Below, one piece after another: positions 1 through 8,034 of a DNA stretch of 24,000 nucleotides (the first letter of the stretch is position 1; every line of letters starts with the position of its first letter). The stretch is from Pectobacterium cacticida (lineage in GTDB: Bacteria > Pseudomonadota > Gammaproteobacteria > Enterobacterales > Enterobacteriaceae): contig NZ_CP133656.1 in assembly GCF_036885195.1 (NCBI RefSeq), positions 1,356,101-1,380,100 of the forward strand, in the 5' to 3' direction. The notes under the pieces are model-generated. The model ran no database searches. It was not told the DNA's origin and was given only the letters and a program-made list of their open reading frames with translations. The translations under genes were made by a program, and so were the position numbers.

Positions 1-656
1 GTGCAGTTATGAGTAATTATGCTAGTAATTACTATTCCAAAATTTCTTGTTGTGTTATTCCTAATGGGATTGATAAATCATCTTTTTGCAAGAGTGACGA
101 ATATTTCTCTCTGCAACAAATCATTCATGAAAAGAAACAACAAAATAAAATTGTTGTAGGGACTGTAGCTGCCTTAGAAAAGATAAAGGGCATTTCACAA
201 TTAATCGATCTTGCAGCTAATAACCCTGATATTAATATTGTTATTATTGGTGATGGCTCACAGAGAGAGTTTTTTAAGAATTATATTAAAAGATTAGATC
301 TTGAAAAACAGGTTATCTTATATGGGAAAGTGAAAAATGGTGCTATCTATTCAAGTTTATTCGATGTTTATGTTCAGCCTTCATTAAGTGAGGGGTTTGG
401 CCTTGCTGTTATTGAAGCAATTCTTAATAAAACCCCAGTGGTTTGTTCTGATATACCTGTTTTTAAAGAAATGTTTAATAGTAATGAGGTCGAGTTTTTT
501 TCAATTAATGATATCTCATCACTCTATTATGCTATAGTTAAAGCATATAAATATAGCGACAACCGTATTGATATGGCATATAAAAAAGTTGCTGATGAGT
601 ATTCTGAGAGCGGCATGGTGAAGAAATATATGGAGTGGTATGAGAAGTTTATTTAA
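1..656 (+). CDS. Glycosyltransferase, GT4/GT1-type, C-terminal part; 5' end lies outside the window
   Basis: The frame is open from base 3, so the ATG at 9 is internal. The EGFGLAVIEA...PVV motif is typical of the retaining GT-B (GT4) C-terminal domain. The region is very AT-rich, like O-antigen unit genes. Its stop overlaps the next gene by 17 nt. Confidence 0.8.
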   Translation, partial: AVMSNYASNYYSKISCCVIPNGIDKSSFCKSDEYFSLQQIIHEKKQQNKIVVGTVAALEKIKGISQLIDLAANNPDINIVIIGDGSQREFFKNYIKRLDLEKQVILYGKVKNGAIYSSLFDVYVQPSLSEGFGLAVIEAILNKTPVVCSDIPVFKEMFNSNEVEFFSINDISSLYYAIVKAYKYSDNRIDMAYKKVADEYSESGMVKKYMEWYEKFI

Positions 657-1860
657 GAATGAATTTTTTAAAGATAAGCTTGTAATAATTTTTTGTTATG
701 CGATAGGCTTTGCCATGCCTATTTATTCTTTAAAAAAAATAGCGATTTCATCTGAAAATCAATTCCTAATTTCTTTCTTTTTCTTATTGGCAATAGTTTA
801 TTACTTTCAGTTTATTATTGAATTTGGTTTTCAAACGTCTTTACTTAAACGATTGCATCATTCCTTTAAAAATAATGACGTTGATGGTTTCTCTAAAATA
901 ATAAGTGCTTCATTTATATTTAGGTTTGTCATTTTTTTTATTCTTCTTGTCATGATTTTATTATATTTATTTTTTAAAGATGAGATATATAACTTTTATA
1001 TTATATTTGTGCTGTTAAGCAGTGTTTTTTCATATCAATTTTTATTTCAAGTTGTAGATGATCTAAGAACTTTTTACGTAATCTCCACGCTGGTTAAATT
1101 GTTTTTTTTCCCCTTTATTGTTCTTTTTAATGATTTTTTTAGTTTGGCTATTATTTATTCTTTGTTTAATTTAATGCCAAACTTAATTACAGCGGTTTAT
1201 TTTTTTATAAAATATAAAATTAAGTTATCATCTGGTTGTAAGGTTGGTTTTGTTTTTATTGTGAAAGGGAATTTCAACTATTTTTTATCAAATTTTAGCA
1301 TTACTCTTTACACTACATATTATCAGGTCCTTTTAGGCTTATTAAGCCCCATGTATTTGCCTGCTTATGCTCTATCGGATAAGATTGTACGTTCGGTTAT
1401 TTCTGCGAATTATATTTTTATTCAAATTATTCAGGTCTACTTTTTGAAATTAAATGCGAACATTACCAAAAGGAATTTTTTTCTGATACTTACTTTTCTT
1501 GTTTCAGTTGCTTTAGTAGAAACAATTTTTTTAATGTGCTTTGCGCTATGGGGGGGCGAAAAGTTTTTTGGAAATATAATAATGCTGAAAGATTTTTTGA
1601 TTCTGATGACAGCGATAATACCTATTGTTATACTTAGCAACTTTTGGGGGATGGTTTACTTGCCATGTACTGGCAATATAGGTTCTTTATCAAAAATTTT
1701 TATTAAAGTCTCTATGTTATCCTTGGTTTTGTCTCCCTTGCTAGTCTATCTATTTCATGGATATGGAGCAATTTTTTCGTCTGTATTATCAGAGTCTTTG
1801 GTATTAATTATGTGTTTTTTTGTTAGCAAGAATATTATAAAAGAGCGCGAATTCAGATAA
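640..1860 (+). CDS. wzx: Polytopic inner-membrane protein, probably an O-unit flippase Wzx (PST/MOP family); a Wzy polymerase is not excluded
   Basis: The 406-aa product is extremely hydrophobic and Phe/Ile/Leu-rich, with many predicted TM segments. The N-terminal pattern P.Y.LKKI...EFGFQTSLLKRL resembles the Wzx N-terminal region. It is AT-rich and coupled to the upstream GT. Confidence 0.55.
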   Translation: MRSLFKNEFFKDKLVIIFCYAIGFAMPIYSLKKIAISSENQFLISFFFLLAIVYYFQFIIEFGFQTSLLKRLHHSFKNNDVDGFSKIISASFIFRFVIFFILLVMILLYLFFKDEIYNFYIIFVLLSSVFSYQFLFQVVDDLRTFYVISTLVKLFFFPFIVLFNDFFSLAIIYSLFNLMPNLITAVYFFIKYKIKLSSGCKVGFVFIVKGNFNYFLSNFSITLYTTYYQVLLGLLSPMYLPAYALSDKIVRSVISANYIFIQIIQVYFLKLNANITKRNFFLILTFLVSVALVETIFLMCFALWGGEKFFGNIIMLKDFLILMTAIIPIVILSNFWGMVYLPCTGNIGSLSKIFIKVSMLSLVLSPLLVYLFHGYGAIFSSVLSESLVLIMCFFVSKNIIKEREFR

Positions 1861-1867
1861 TAAGTAG

Positions 1868-2266
1868 AGCGTTCCATCACGTTGATGGAATGACAGTTAC
1901 CGAACAACGCTGGCCGACAATACGTACGTTAATAGAAGTGGTGAGTGAGCATGGAGAACGGGGGAAAACGGTACACAGAGAATCACGCTGGTACGTCAGT
2001 TCATTGGCGGTGTAAGCTCGTGCAGCATCACAAATGATACGTGACATTGGTGCATTGAAAATCAACTGCATTGGGTATTGGATGTGGTTTTCAGGGAGGA
2101 TCAAATGAACCTGAAGGACCCGGAAGGGGCGGCGCATATGGCACTGTTCAACCGAGTAGCGTTAAGCGTACTGAAGCAGCATGGAGGAAAAAAAGACAGC
2201 ATTGCAGGCAAACGGCAGTGTGCCGGGTGGTCAGGAGATTTTCGCAGCGAGGTTATCTTTGGTTGA
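1868..2266 (+). mobile_element. Degraded 3' fragment of an ISAs1-family (H-repeat) transposase gene
   Basis: Translation gives ...EQRWPTIRTLIEVVSEHGERGKTVHRESRWYVSSLAV* followed by ARAASQMIRD. After a frame change it continues HWCIENQLHWVLDVVFREDQ...KRQCAGWSGDF. This matches the conserved C-terminal ISAs1 motifs as I remember them (E.RYY.SSL, IR.HW.IEN.LHW.LDV.F.ED). Only about the last third of the transposase is present, interrupted by a stop and a frameshift. Confidence 0.75.
1872..1890. repeat. Perfect 8-bp inverted repeat (TTCCATCA-cgt-TGATGGAA) at the wzx / IS-fragment junction
   Basis: Read directly from the sequence. It lies 12 nt after the wzx stop and has no T-run after it, so its function (terminator or junction scar) is unknown. 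Confidence 0.5.
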
Positions 2267-2474
2267 TTTATCGACAAAGTGGAATCCCGCCCTGCAATCA
2301 GGGCTGAGTTCCTTTTACGTGATCTATTATTTTGCGAAGTTATTTAGATCTTGATGAGGAACATCGACGTTTCCGCTATTGTGCGGCGATGATAGCGGGT
2401 ATGCGGCACTTTTTTCAACCGAGGAAGCCCCAACTTAGTGAGAATATTTACTATATTGGGGATATTTTTAGTGG

Positions 2475-3320
2475 TCAAATTATCATTGCTACCCTGTTTT
2501 CCCAGCAGGATAAATTAATACCCAATTCCTTTATTTTCTCGCAGGATAGTGTTGAGAAAGTAGGGCGGTGAGCCGGGGTCGGATATTGTTCTGTCGTTAT
2601 CGGTTTAAGCGCGGGGATCTTGGCTACTGTTGTTTTTTGCGCTGCAATTTTGAAAATTACTTCAGCAAACTCATACCAACTTACCTCTTTGTCACCACAA
2701 TAGTGATAAAGTCCACTTTTGGCTTTTATTTGTAGCAGCATGATAATCGCCTGTGCTAAATCCCCTGCATAAGTTGGGCAGCCACGCTGATCGTTAACAA
2801 TGCTTAGCGTTTCCCGCTCTTGGGCCAGTCTAAGCATGGTCTTGACGAAGTTATTGCCGTATTCGCTGAATACCCATGCGGTACGAACGATAATGGAATT
2901 CGGTGCAGCTTCCACCACCGCCTGTTCACCGGCCAGCTTGGTCTTGCCATATACGCTTAATGGGTTCGTGGGGCTGGTTTCTGTATAGGGTTGCGTGGCC
3001 TTGCCATCGAACACATAGTCTGTGGAAACATGAATAAGGCGAATGTTGTGTTTATGTGCCACGGTCGCCAAATTGGCCGGGCCGTTAACGTTAATTCGTG
3101 CTGCCAACTCAGGCTCTGATTCGGCTTTATCTACGGCGGTATACGCGGCAGCGTTTACAATGGCGTCAGGTTGAAATTGACTGACGGTTTGTTCTACCTG
3201 TGTAATGTCGGTAATATCGAGTTTATCGGAATCTGTCGCCAATATTTTCCATTCTGCTGGCAGACGATCCTGAAAACAGCGCCCCAGTTGACCGTTCGCG
3301 CCGGTGAGTAATATCTTCAT
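2475..3320 (-). CDS. rmlD: dTDP-4-dehydrorhamnose reductase
   Basis: N-terminus MKILLTGANGQLG is a Rossmann motif. STDYVFDG and PTNPLSVYGKTKLAGE carry the YxxxK catalytic motif. The C-terminal RPTFSTLSCEKI is typical of RmlD. The start overlaps the rmlC stop in an ATGA. Confidence 0.9.
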   Translation of the reverse strand: MKILLTGANGQLGRCFQDRLPAEWKILATDSDKLDITDITQVEQTVSQFQPDAIVNAAAYTAVDKAESEPELAARINVNGPANLATVAHKHNIRLIHVSTDYVFDGKATQPYTETSPTNPLSVYGKTKLAGEQAVVEAAPNSIIVRTAWVFSEYGNNFVKTMLRLAQERETLSIVNDQRGCPTYAGDLAQAIIMLLQIKAKSGLYHYCGDKEVSWYEFAEVIFKIAAQKTTVAKIPALKPITTEQYPTPAHRPTFSTLSCEKIKELGINLSCWENRVAMII

Positions 3321-3853
3321 GATTTCAATTCCCTGAATAGTTTCCCCAGCTTATCTTTTTCGGACAGCAGTGGGGATGAAATCGGCCATTCAATACCAAT
3401 GTCAGGGTCGTTCCACAGCAGGCATCCTTCATCGGCAGGATTATAATAATCCGTGCATTTGTATTCAAAATCAGCAACGTCAGAGAGCACGGCAAACCCA
3501 TGCGCCAGCCCAGGCGGTAGCCAGAATTGAGTTTTGTTCTCTTCTGACAAAATGATGCCTTCCCACTGGCCAAAACTAGGGGAATCGGGTCGTAGGTCCA
3601 CGGCGACATCAAAAACCTCTCCGCGCACGACCCGAACCAATTTTCCTTGCGGGTTTGTTTTCTGGAAATGTAAGCCGCGTAGCACTCCCTTTCCTGAACG
3701 TGAATAGTTATCCTGGACAAAGTCCAGATCGATATTCAACATCTGTTGATAACGTTTTTTTTCAAAGGTTTCTAGGAAGAAACCGCGAGAGTCGCCAAAG
3801 ACTTTCGGCTGAATGATTTTTGCGCCATGAATGGCGGTACCAATAACTTGCAT
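3317..3853 (-). CDS. rmlC: dTDP-4-dehydrorhamnose 3,5-epimerase
   Basis: MQVIGTAIHGAKIIQPKVFGDSRGFF...GLHFQ...QGKLVRVVRGEVFDVAVDLR shows the RmlC cupin motifs. I chose the ATG at 3853, 1 nt after the rmlA stop, over the TTG at 3868 used by the ORF track. Confidence 0.9.
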   Translation of the reverse strand: MQVIGTAIHGAKIIQPKVFGDSRGFFLETFEKKRYQQMLNIDLDFVQDNYSRSGKGVLRGLHFQKTNPQGKLVRVVRGEVFDVAVDLRPDSPSFGQWEGIILSEENKTQFWLPPGLAHGFAVLSDVADFEYKCTDYYNPADEGCLLWNDPDIGIEWPISSPLLSEKDKLGKLFRELKS

Positions 3854-3854
3854 A

Positions 3855-4724
3855 TTATTTTTCTGCAATTAGCTGAGTTAAATACTGCCCATAGGCTGTT
3901 TTATTCATCACGTTGGCGTCTTCCGCAAGCTGTTCACGAGAAATCCATCCCTTGCGAAACGCAATCTCTTCCAGACAAGCCACCTTCAGCCCCTGCCGTT
4001 TTTCGATGGTGTGAATAAACTGCGAGGCTTCAATCAGGCTATCGTGCGTACCAGTATCGAGCCACGCAAAGCCGCGTCCTAGCAATTCAACGTTCAGAGT
4101 ACCCTGTTCAAGATACATCTGGTTCAAGGTGGTAATTTCTAACTCGCCGCGTGCTGAAGGCTTGACTTGTTTTGCCATCTCCACGACATGCTTATCATAG
4201 AAATATAACCCTGTCACCGCCCAGTTTGATTTCGGTTTGAGCGGTTTTTCTTCTATTGATAACGCTCTGAAATCATGATCAAATTCGACCACGCCAAAGC
4301 GTTCAGCATCGGTGACTTGATAGCCGAAGATTGTCGCGCCTTCTTCTTTGGCTGCCACGGTTTCAAGTTTTTTTCCAAAACTCTGACCGAAATAGATATT
4401 ATCGCCAAGAACCAACGCGCAACGTTCACCGTTGATAAACTCCTCGCCGATGATAAAGGCTTGTGCTAATCCATCTGGGCTGGGTTGTATCGCGTAGCTG
4501 AGTTCAATGCCAAAATGGCTGCCGTCGCCTAAAAGGCGCTGAAAAGCGGGCATATCGTCAGGCGTGGTGATAATCAGTATTTCACGAATGCCCGCGAGCA
4601 TTAGAACCGAAATAGGGTAATAGACCATCGGCTTATCGTAGATCGGCAGCAACTGCTTAGAAATTCCGCGAGTAATCGGGTAGAGGCGAGTGCCACTCCC
4701 CCCCGCAAGTACGATCCCTTTCAT
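3855..4724 (-). CDS. rmlA: Glucose-1-phosphate thymidylyltransferase
   Basis: [18 protein letters not shown]...[12 protein letters not shown]...DGLAQAF is the canonical RmlA sequence. Start set at MKGIVLAGG; the 17 upstream codons in the track ORF look like a spurious extension. Confidence 0.95.
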   Translation of the reverse strand: MKGIVLAGGSGTRLYPITRGISKQLLPIYDKPMVYYPISVLMLAGIREILIITTPDDMPAFQRLLGDGSHFGIELSYAIQPSPDGLAQAFIIGEEFINGERCALVLGDNIYFGQSFGKKLETVAAKEEGATIFGYQVTDAERFGVVEFDHDFRALSIEEKPLKPKSNWAVTGLYFYDKHVVEMAKQVKPSARGELEITTLNQMYLEQGTLNVELLGRGFAWLDTGTHDSLIEASQFIHTIEKRQGLKVACLEEIAFRKGWISREQLAEDANVMNKTAYGQYLTQLIAEK

Positions 4725-4959
4725 CAATAACTCTACCTTTAAAATCGCTTTCAACGCGTTGCCGTAGTGTATCATCCTACTTCACCAGAATGGTCTGATG
4801 TCGTAGAAAAAGTCTACCCCCCACGATCGCTTTGTCGCTGATTAGGTGTAATCTTACTGCCATGTGTGGCGCAGCGACGCTAAGCTACCAAGTAACATCG
4901 ATCGGTTCGATCAACACAAATCTTTAAATAAAAACCATCAGATTGAAGAGAGTCAATTC

Positions 4960-5859
4960 ATGACATCATTAAAAGCGGTTATCCCCGTAGCGGGTTTAGG
5001 GATGAATTTGTTACCGGTGACCAAGGCCATTCCTAAGGAAATGCTGCCGCTGGTTGATCGGCCTGTCATCGAGAAAATCGTTAACGAATGCGTTAACGCC
5101 GGCATTAAAGATATCGTGCTGGTGACGCACGCGTCCAAGAATGCCATTGAGAACCACTTCGATACCTCGTTTGAGTTGGAATCCCTGCTGGAGGAACGCG
5201 CTAAACGTCAGTTGCTGGCCGAAGTGCAGTCAATTTGCCCCAAAGGCGTGACGATCATGAATGTGCGCCAGGGGGAAACGCTGGGGCTTGGCCATGCGGT
5301 ATCCTGTGCGCACCCCATCGTCGGGGATAATCCTTTTGTGGTGGTGCTGCCGGATGTGGTGTTGGATGAAAGCACGGCCGATCAATCTCAGGAAAATTTG
5401 GCACGCTTGATCGCGCGTTTTGAACAAACCGGGCGCAGCCAGGTATTGGTGAAGCATCGCCCTTATGAAGTGTTGCCGGAATATTCGGTGGTGGAGTGCG
5501 AAACGCCGCTGGTGAACCCAGGGGATGCCGCCGCGATCACGTCGATGATCGAAAAGCCGGAAGCACCGTCGGATACGGGGTCTGACCTTTCTGCGGTGGG
5601 GCGTTATGTGTTAACCGCCGATGCCTGGCCACTGCTTGCGCAGGCGAAACCCGGCGCGTGGGGGCGAATTCAGTTAACCGATGTCATCGCCGAATTGATT
5701 GAAAAACAGCACCCGGTGGACGCGGTGCAGATGTCAGGCAAAAACTTTAACTGTGGCCGCAAGTTAGGTTATATGCAGGCTTTCGTCGCCTATGGGTTGC
5801 GTAACCCGGAATTTGGCGATGCGTTTAAAGACAGTATTAAGGCGCTGCTGGCGAAATAA
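4960..5859 (+). CDS. galF: UTP-glucose-1-phosphate uridylyltransferase-like regulatory subunit GalF
   Basis: [30 protein letters not shown] carries GLGM rather than the GLGTR of GalU. There is high by-eye similarity to E. coli GalF throughout. A GAAGAGAG SD precedes the ATG at 4960. Confidence 0.85.
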   Translation: MTSLKAVIPVAGLGMNLLPVTKAIPKEMLPLVDRPVIEKIVNECVNAGIKDIVLVTHASKNAIENHFDTSFELESLLEERAKRQLLAEVQSICPKGVTIMNVRQGETLGLGHAVSCAHPIVGDNPFVVVLPDVVLDESTADQSQENLARLIARFEQTGRSQVLVKHRPYEVLPEYSVVECETPLVNPGDAAAITSMIEKPEAPSDTGSDLSAVGRYVLTADAWPLLAQAKPGAWGRIQLTDVIAELIEKQHPVDAVQMSGKNFNCGRKLGYMQAFVAYGLRNPEFGDAFKDSIKALLAK

Positions 5860-5930
5860 CGCGTGATAATGCGGGGGAGGTGTTAGCCACTGACCCGCAG
5901 TTCACTGTCCGTCTTGGAGAATATCTCAGA

Positions 5931-6920
5931 TTAAATGTTAATCTTGCCTATCGGCTCTAAGTTAATGCAGTGTTGCAACAAATCGCCAGGGAAAACGAAC
6001 ATATTCATATTGGCTTGTAATTGATGAGTTGAGCTTAGCGACGCGCTAGCGTTTGATGCGCCCGATAGCTGGACGGCGACGTAAGCAAAATCTTCAATGG
6101 CTTGGGCCAATTCCGGATCAATGGGTTGGTTACGATTACTGACGAGGTTCTCTTCAACGGCGGGATCCGCCGCTATGGCGGTATGAAGAGCCTGGCAAAG
6201 ATCTTCATCGCTTTCATATGCTACATTTCCGGTCAGTAACTTGGCCGTATTTCTCGCGGCTAGCGGTTGCTGTGCAATAAATGCGACGGTTTTATCCAGT
6301 AAACTTTTGTTGTCTGCGCTGTTTAGTAGCGGATGCCGGAAATGTAGTTGGTATGCATCCCCAGCCTCTTCGAAGCATTGCGCGACAAACTGTGAGCAAA
6401 CCATCGGCAATTTCCCAGGGTTTTTATGCCGCTGAAGATATTCGCTCAGAGTGGCGGTTAATTTCTTCAGAATACGCAAAGTGACCTTCTGCGCGAGAGT
6501 CGGGAGAGAAACCTTTTTATACAGCAGTAATAGACCGATAATATATAGGCTGGCATTATCATAAGGCTCCAAATTATTAAGATGTTGCGTGCCAGCATCG
6601 ATCACTGGTGATAGTTCCTGCTGTGATGTATGACGAAAAACATAGATAATTCGGTCGTGAAAACGGGCTAATGCCTCATTTACCGTAACCTGAGGAGGAC
6701 TTTCCTCAATAATAGTAAGCGGCTGCTTTTGGTATAGCATTGCCGCGTGGCTAACTGGCGCGTTGGTGAGAAAAGTTATTGCCCATGAGATAAAACTCCC
6801 TTTTTCCGGGGAAAAAAGTAATACATCACCTTCCTGCAAGGCCTGAAGTGACAGTGTTTTTGTCAGTTCAGGCGCTAAATATTGTTCCCTATTATCGATC
6901 AACTTATCGCTAGCGTTCAT
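5931..6920 (-). CDS. Permuted papain-like (NlpC/P60 superfamily, YaeF/YiiX C92-type) amidase/peptidase homolog with insertions; no signal peptide
   Basis: The motif order is typical of the circularly permuted family. LQEGDVLLF is followed by VSHAAMLY (His), then EPYD, then MVCSQFVAQCF (Cys), and the C-terminal FVFPGDLL. An AAGGAA SD lies 5 nt before the ATG. Confidence 0.6.
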   Translation of the reverse strand: MNASDKLIDNREQYLAPELTKTLSLQALQEGDVLLFSPEKGSFISWAITFLTNAPVSHAAMLYQKQPLTIIEESPPQVTVNEALARFHDRIIYVFRHTSQQELSPVIDAGTQHLNNLEPYDNASLYIIGLLLLYKKVSLPTLAQKVTLRILKKLTATLSEYLQRHKNPGKLPMVCSQFVAQCFEEAGDAYQLHFRHPLLNSADNKSLLDKTVAFIAQQPLAARNTAKLLTGNVAYESDEDLCQALHTAIAADPAVEENLVSNRNQPIDPELAQAIEDFAYVAVQLSGASNASASLSSTHQLQANMNMFVFPGDLLQHCINLEPIGKINI

Positions 6921-6974
6921 GATGTTTCCTTGTTATCCAGTGGATGGCGCGGTAAGGCTTGTCGTCAGAAATAA

Positions 6975-7874
6975 TTAAAATTCATTGACGATCAACATTC
7001 CGTTTACGGAATTTCTCCCGCAGGCGAAAACGGATATTTTTTCATTATTACAATATAGCCCTGCGCCGTAGTCAAAACTGGCATTTTCTTGCATCGATAA
7101 TTTTTTATAAGAAAGCGGCGTTGATACCATTATTGACTGATTCGTTGCGCCGTCCCACTCTATTAACGAAAGGTAGAGATAGTTATCGCTGCCAGAAGTC
7201 GCGAACTCAACCATATAAATGCGATTCTCATTGTCACTAATTAAATTGAAGTTTTGAATGTTTTTCCCTTCTTGTGCCGCATAACCTTTAAATGAATCAG
7301 GGCTTTTCAACGTAATTTTCTGAATGCTACTCTTATCGATTGTTCCGGGAATATGACAGCTAAAAAAATGGAACTTGGTACCACTTTCGTAGGCCATCAC
7401 GAAATAGATTGTATTGTTTTGATTATCTTGGATGCGGGTCATTGCCGCAGCCATACATGATATTTTTTCGTTTTCCCAGAGAACCTTTTTTCGAGAGCGA
7501 CTGGGATCACTGATATCAAAGAGTGCTAATTGCGTATCTTCATATTTAGACGTCAGAAAGGTATGTTCCTGTGAAGCCGTTATCAAATAATTATCAACAA
7601 TCTGACAGCCTCCAGGGTGATTAAATCGTCCGGTATTGGTTTTTATTGTGTTGTTATAATCATTTTTTGTTATATCCGCTACATAAATGAGCGCGCCATC
7701 ATTACCGATATCATTATGCGTAAAAAAGTAATAATTGTCATGTCTGGCCATGCCTTGCATATGGTATGCATCGGTTTTCCATTTGGTGTTAAACCCTGCG
7801 ATTCTTCTTACCTCGGGGGTCGTTTTTATTTTGTCGAATGCGGCAATCACATTGGTAATTTTCTGATCGGGCAT
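6975..7874 (-). CDS. Hypothetical protein, beta-rich with about five-fold internal periodicity (possible 5-bladed beta-propeller); no signal peptide
   Basis: A long ORF that is clearly more AT-rich than its neighbours. An AAGGAAG SD lies 6 nt before the ATG at 7874; the track start at 7898 is a TTG without an SD. Five segments each end in hydrophobic strand pairs. I recognise no family. Confidence 0.7.
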   Translation of the reverse strand: MPDQKITNVIAAFDKIKTTPEVRRIAGFNTKWKTDAYHMQGMARHDNYYFFTHNDIGNDGALIYVADITKNDYNNTIKTNTGRFNHPGGCQIVDNYLITASQEHTFLTSKYEDTQLALFDISDPSRSRKKVLWENEKISCMAAAMTRIQDNQNNTIYFVMAYESGTKFHFFSCHIPGTIDKSSIQKITLKSPDSFKGYAAQEGKNIQNFNLISDNENRIYMVEFATSGSDNYLYLSLIEWDGATNQSIMVSTPLSYKKLSMQENASFDYGAGLYCNNEKISVFACGRNSVNGMLIVNEF

Positions 7875-8034
7875 AATAGCTTCCTTTAAGTTAATCAATA
7901 AACGTTGATATTAATTATGGCTGCTTTGTTCGCACGGCAATAATGCCGCATAGTCACAGTCGCTTTACCTCGGTAAGTCAGGCGCGTCATACGCTGTGAA
8001 CGCGTCCATTTCTACTCTTTACGTCGCCGTGTGG

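Noticed and set aside
2267-2474. ORF 2332-2571 (+) and possible gene remnant between the IS fragment and the rmlD 3' end.
   Set aside because: The ORF overlaps the rmlD 3' end and has no motifs or SD. I could not recognise any gene remnant or a clear IS terminal inverted repeat by eye, so it is left unannotated.
3513-3520. An exact ops octamer, GGCGGTAG (the RfaH recruitment element).
   Set aside because: It lies inside rmlC on the antisense strand. A specific 8-mer is expected by chance about once in a 24-kb window on two strands.
4854-4890. JUMPStart-like sequence on the minus strand in the rmlA 5' region: TGGTAGCT (4890-4883), then GGCAGTAA (4861-4854).
   Set aside because: The location is right for an RfaH-dependent polysaccharide operon and TGGTAGCT matches the JUMPStart as I remember it. 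However, the ops core has two mismatches to GGCGGTAG and the spacing is about 10 nt longer than in the consensus. The evidence is insufficient without an alignment to homologous leaders.
4725-4959. N-terminal extensions of track ORFs: rmlA to 4775, galF from 4864, moeB to 23101, the nitroreductase to 22220, yjbF from 13220 and the antiterminator from 17343.
   Set aside because: Family N-termini and SD positions support the internal start codons. The extensions lack homology-like sequence and would overlap upstream genes or intergenic control regions.
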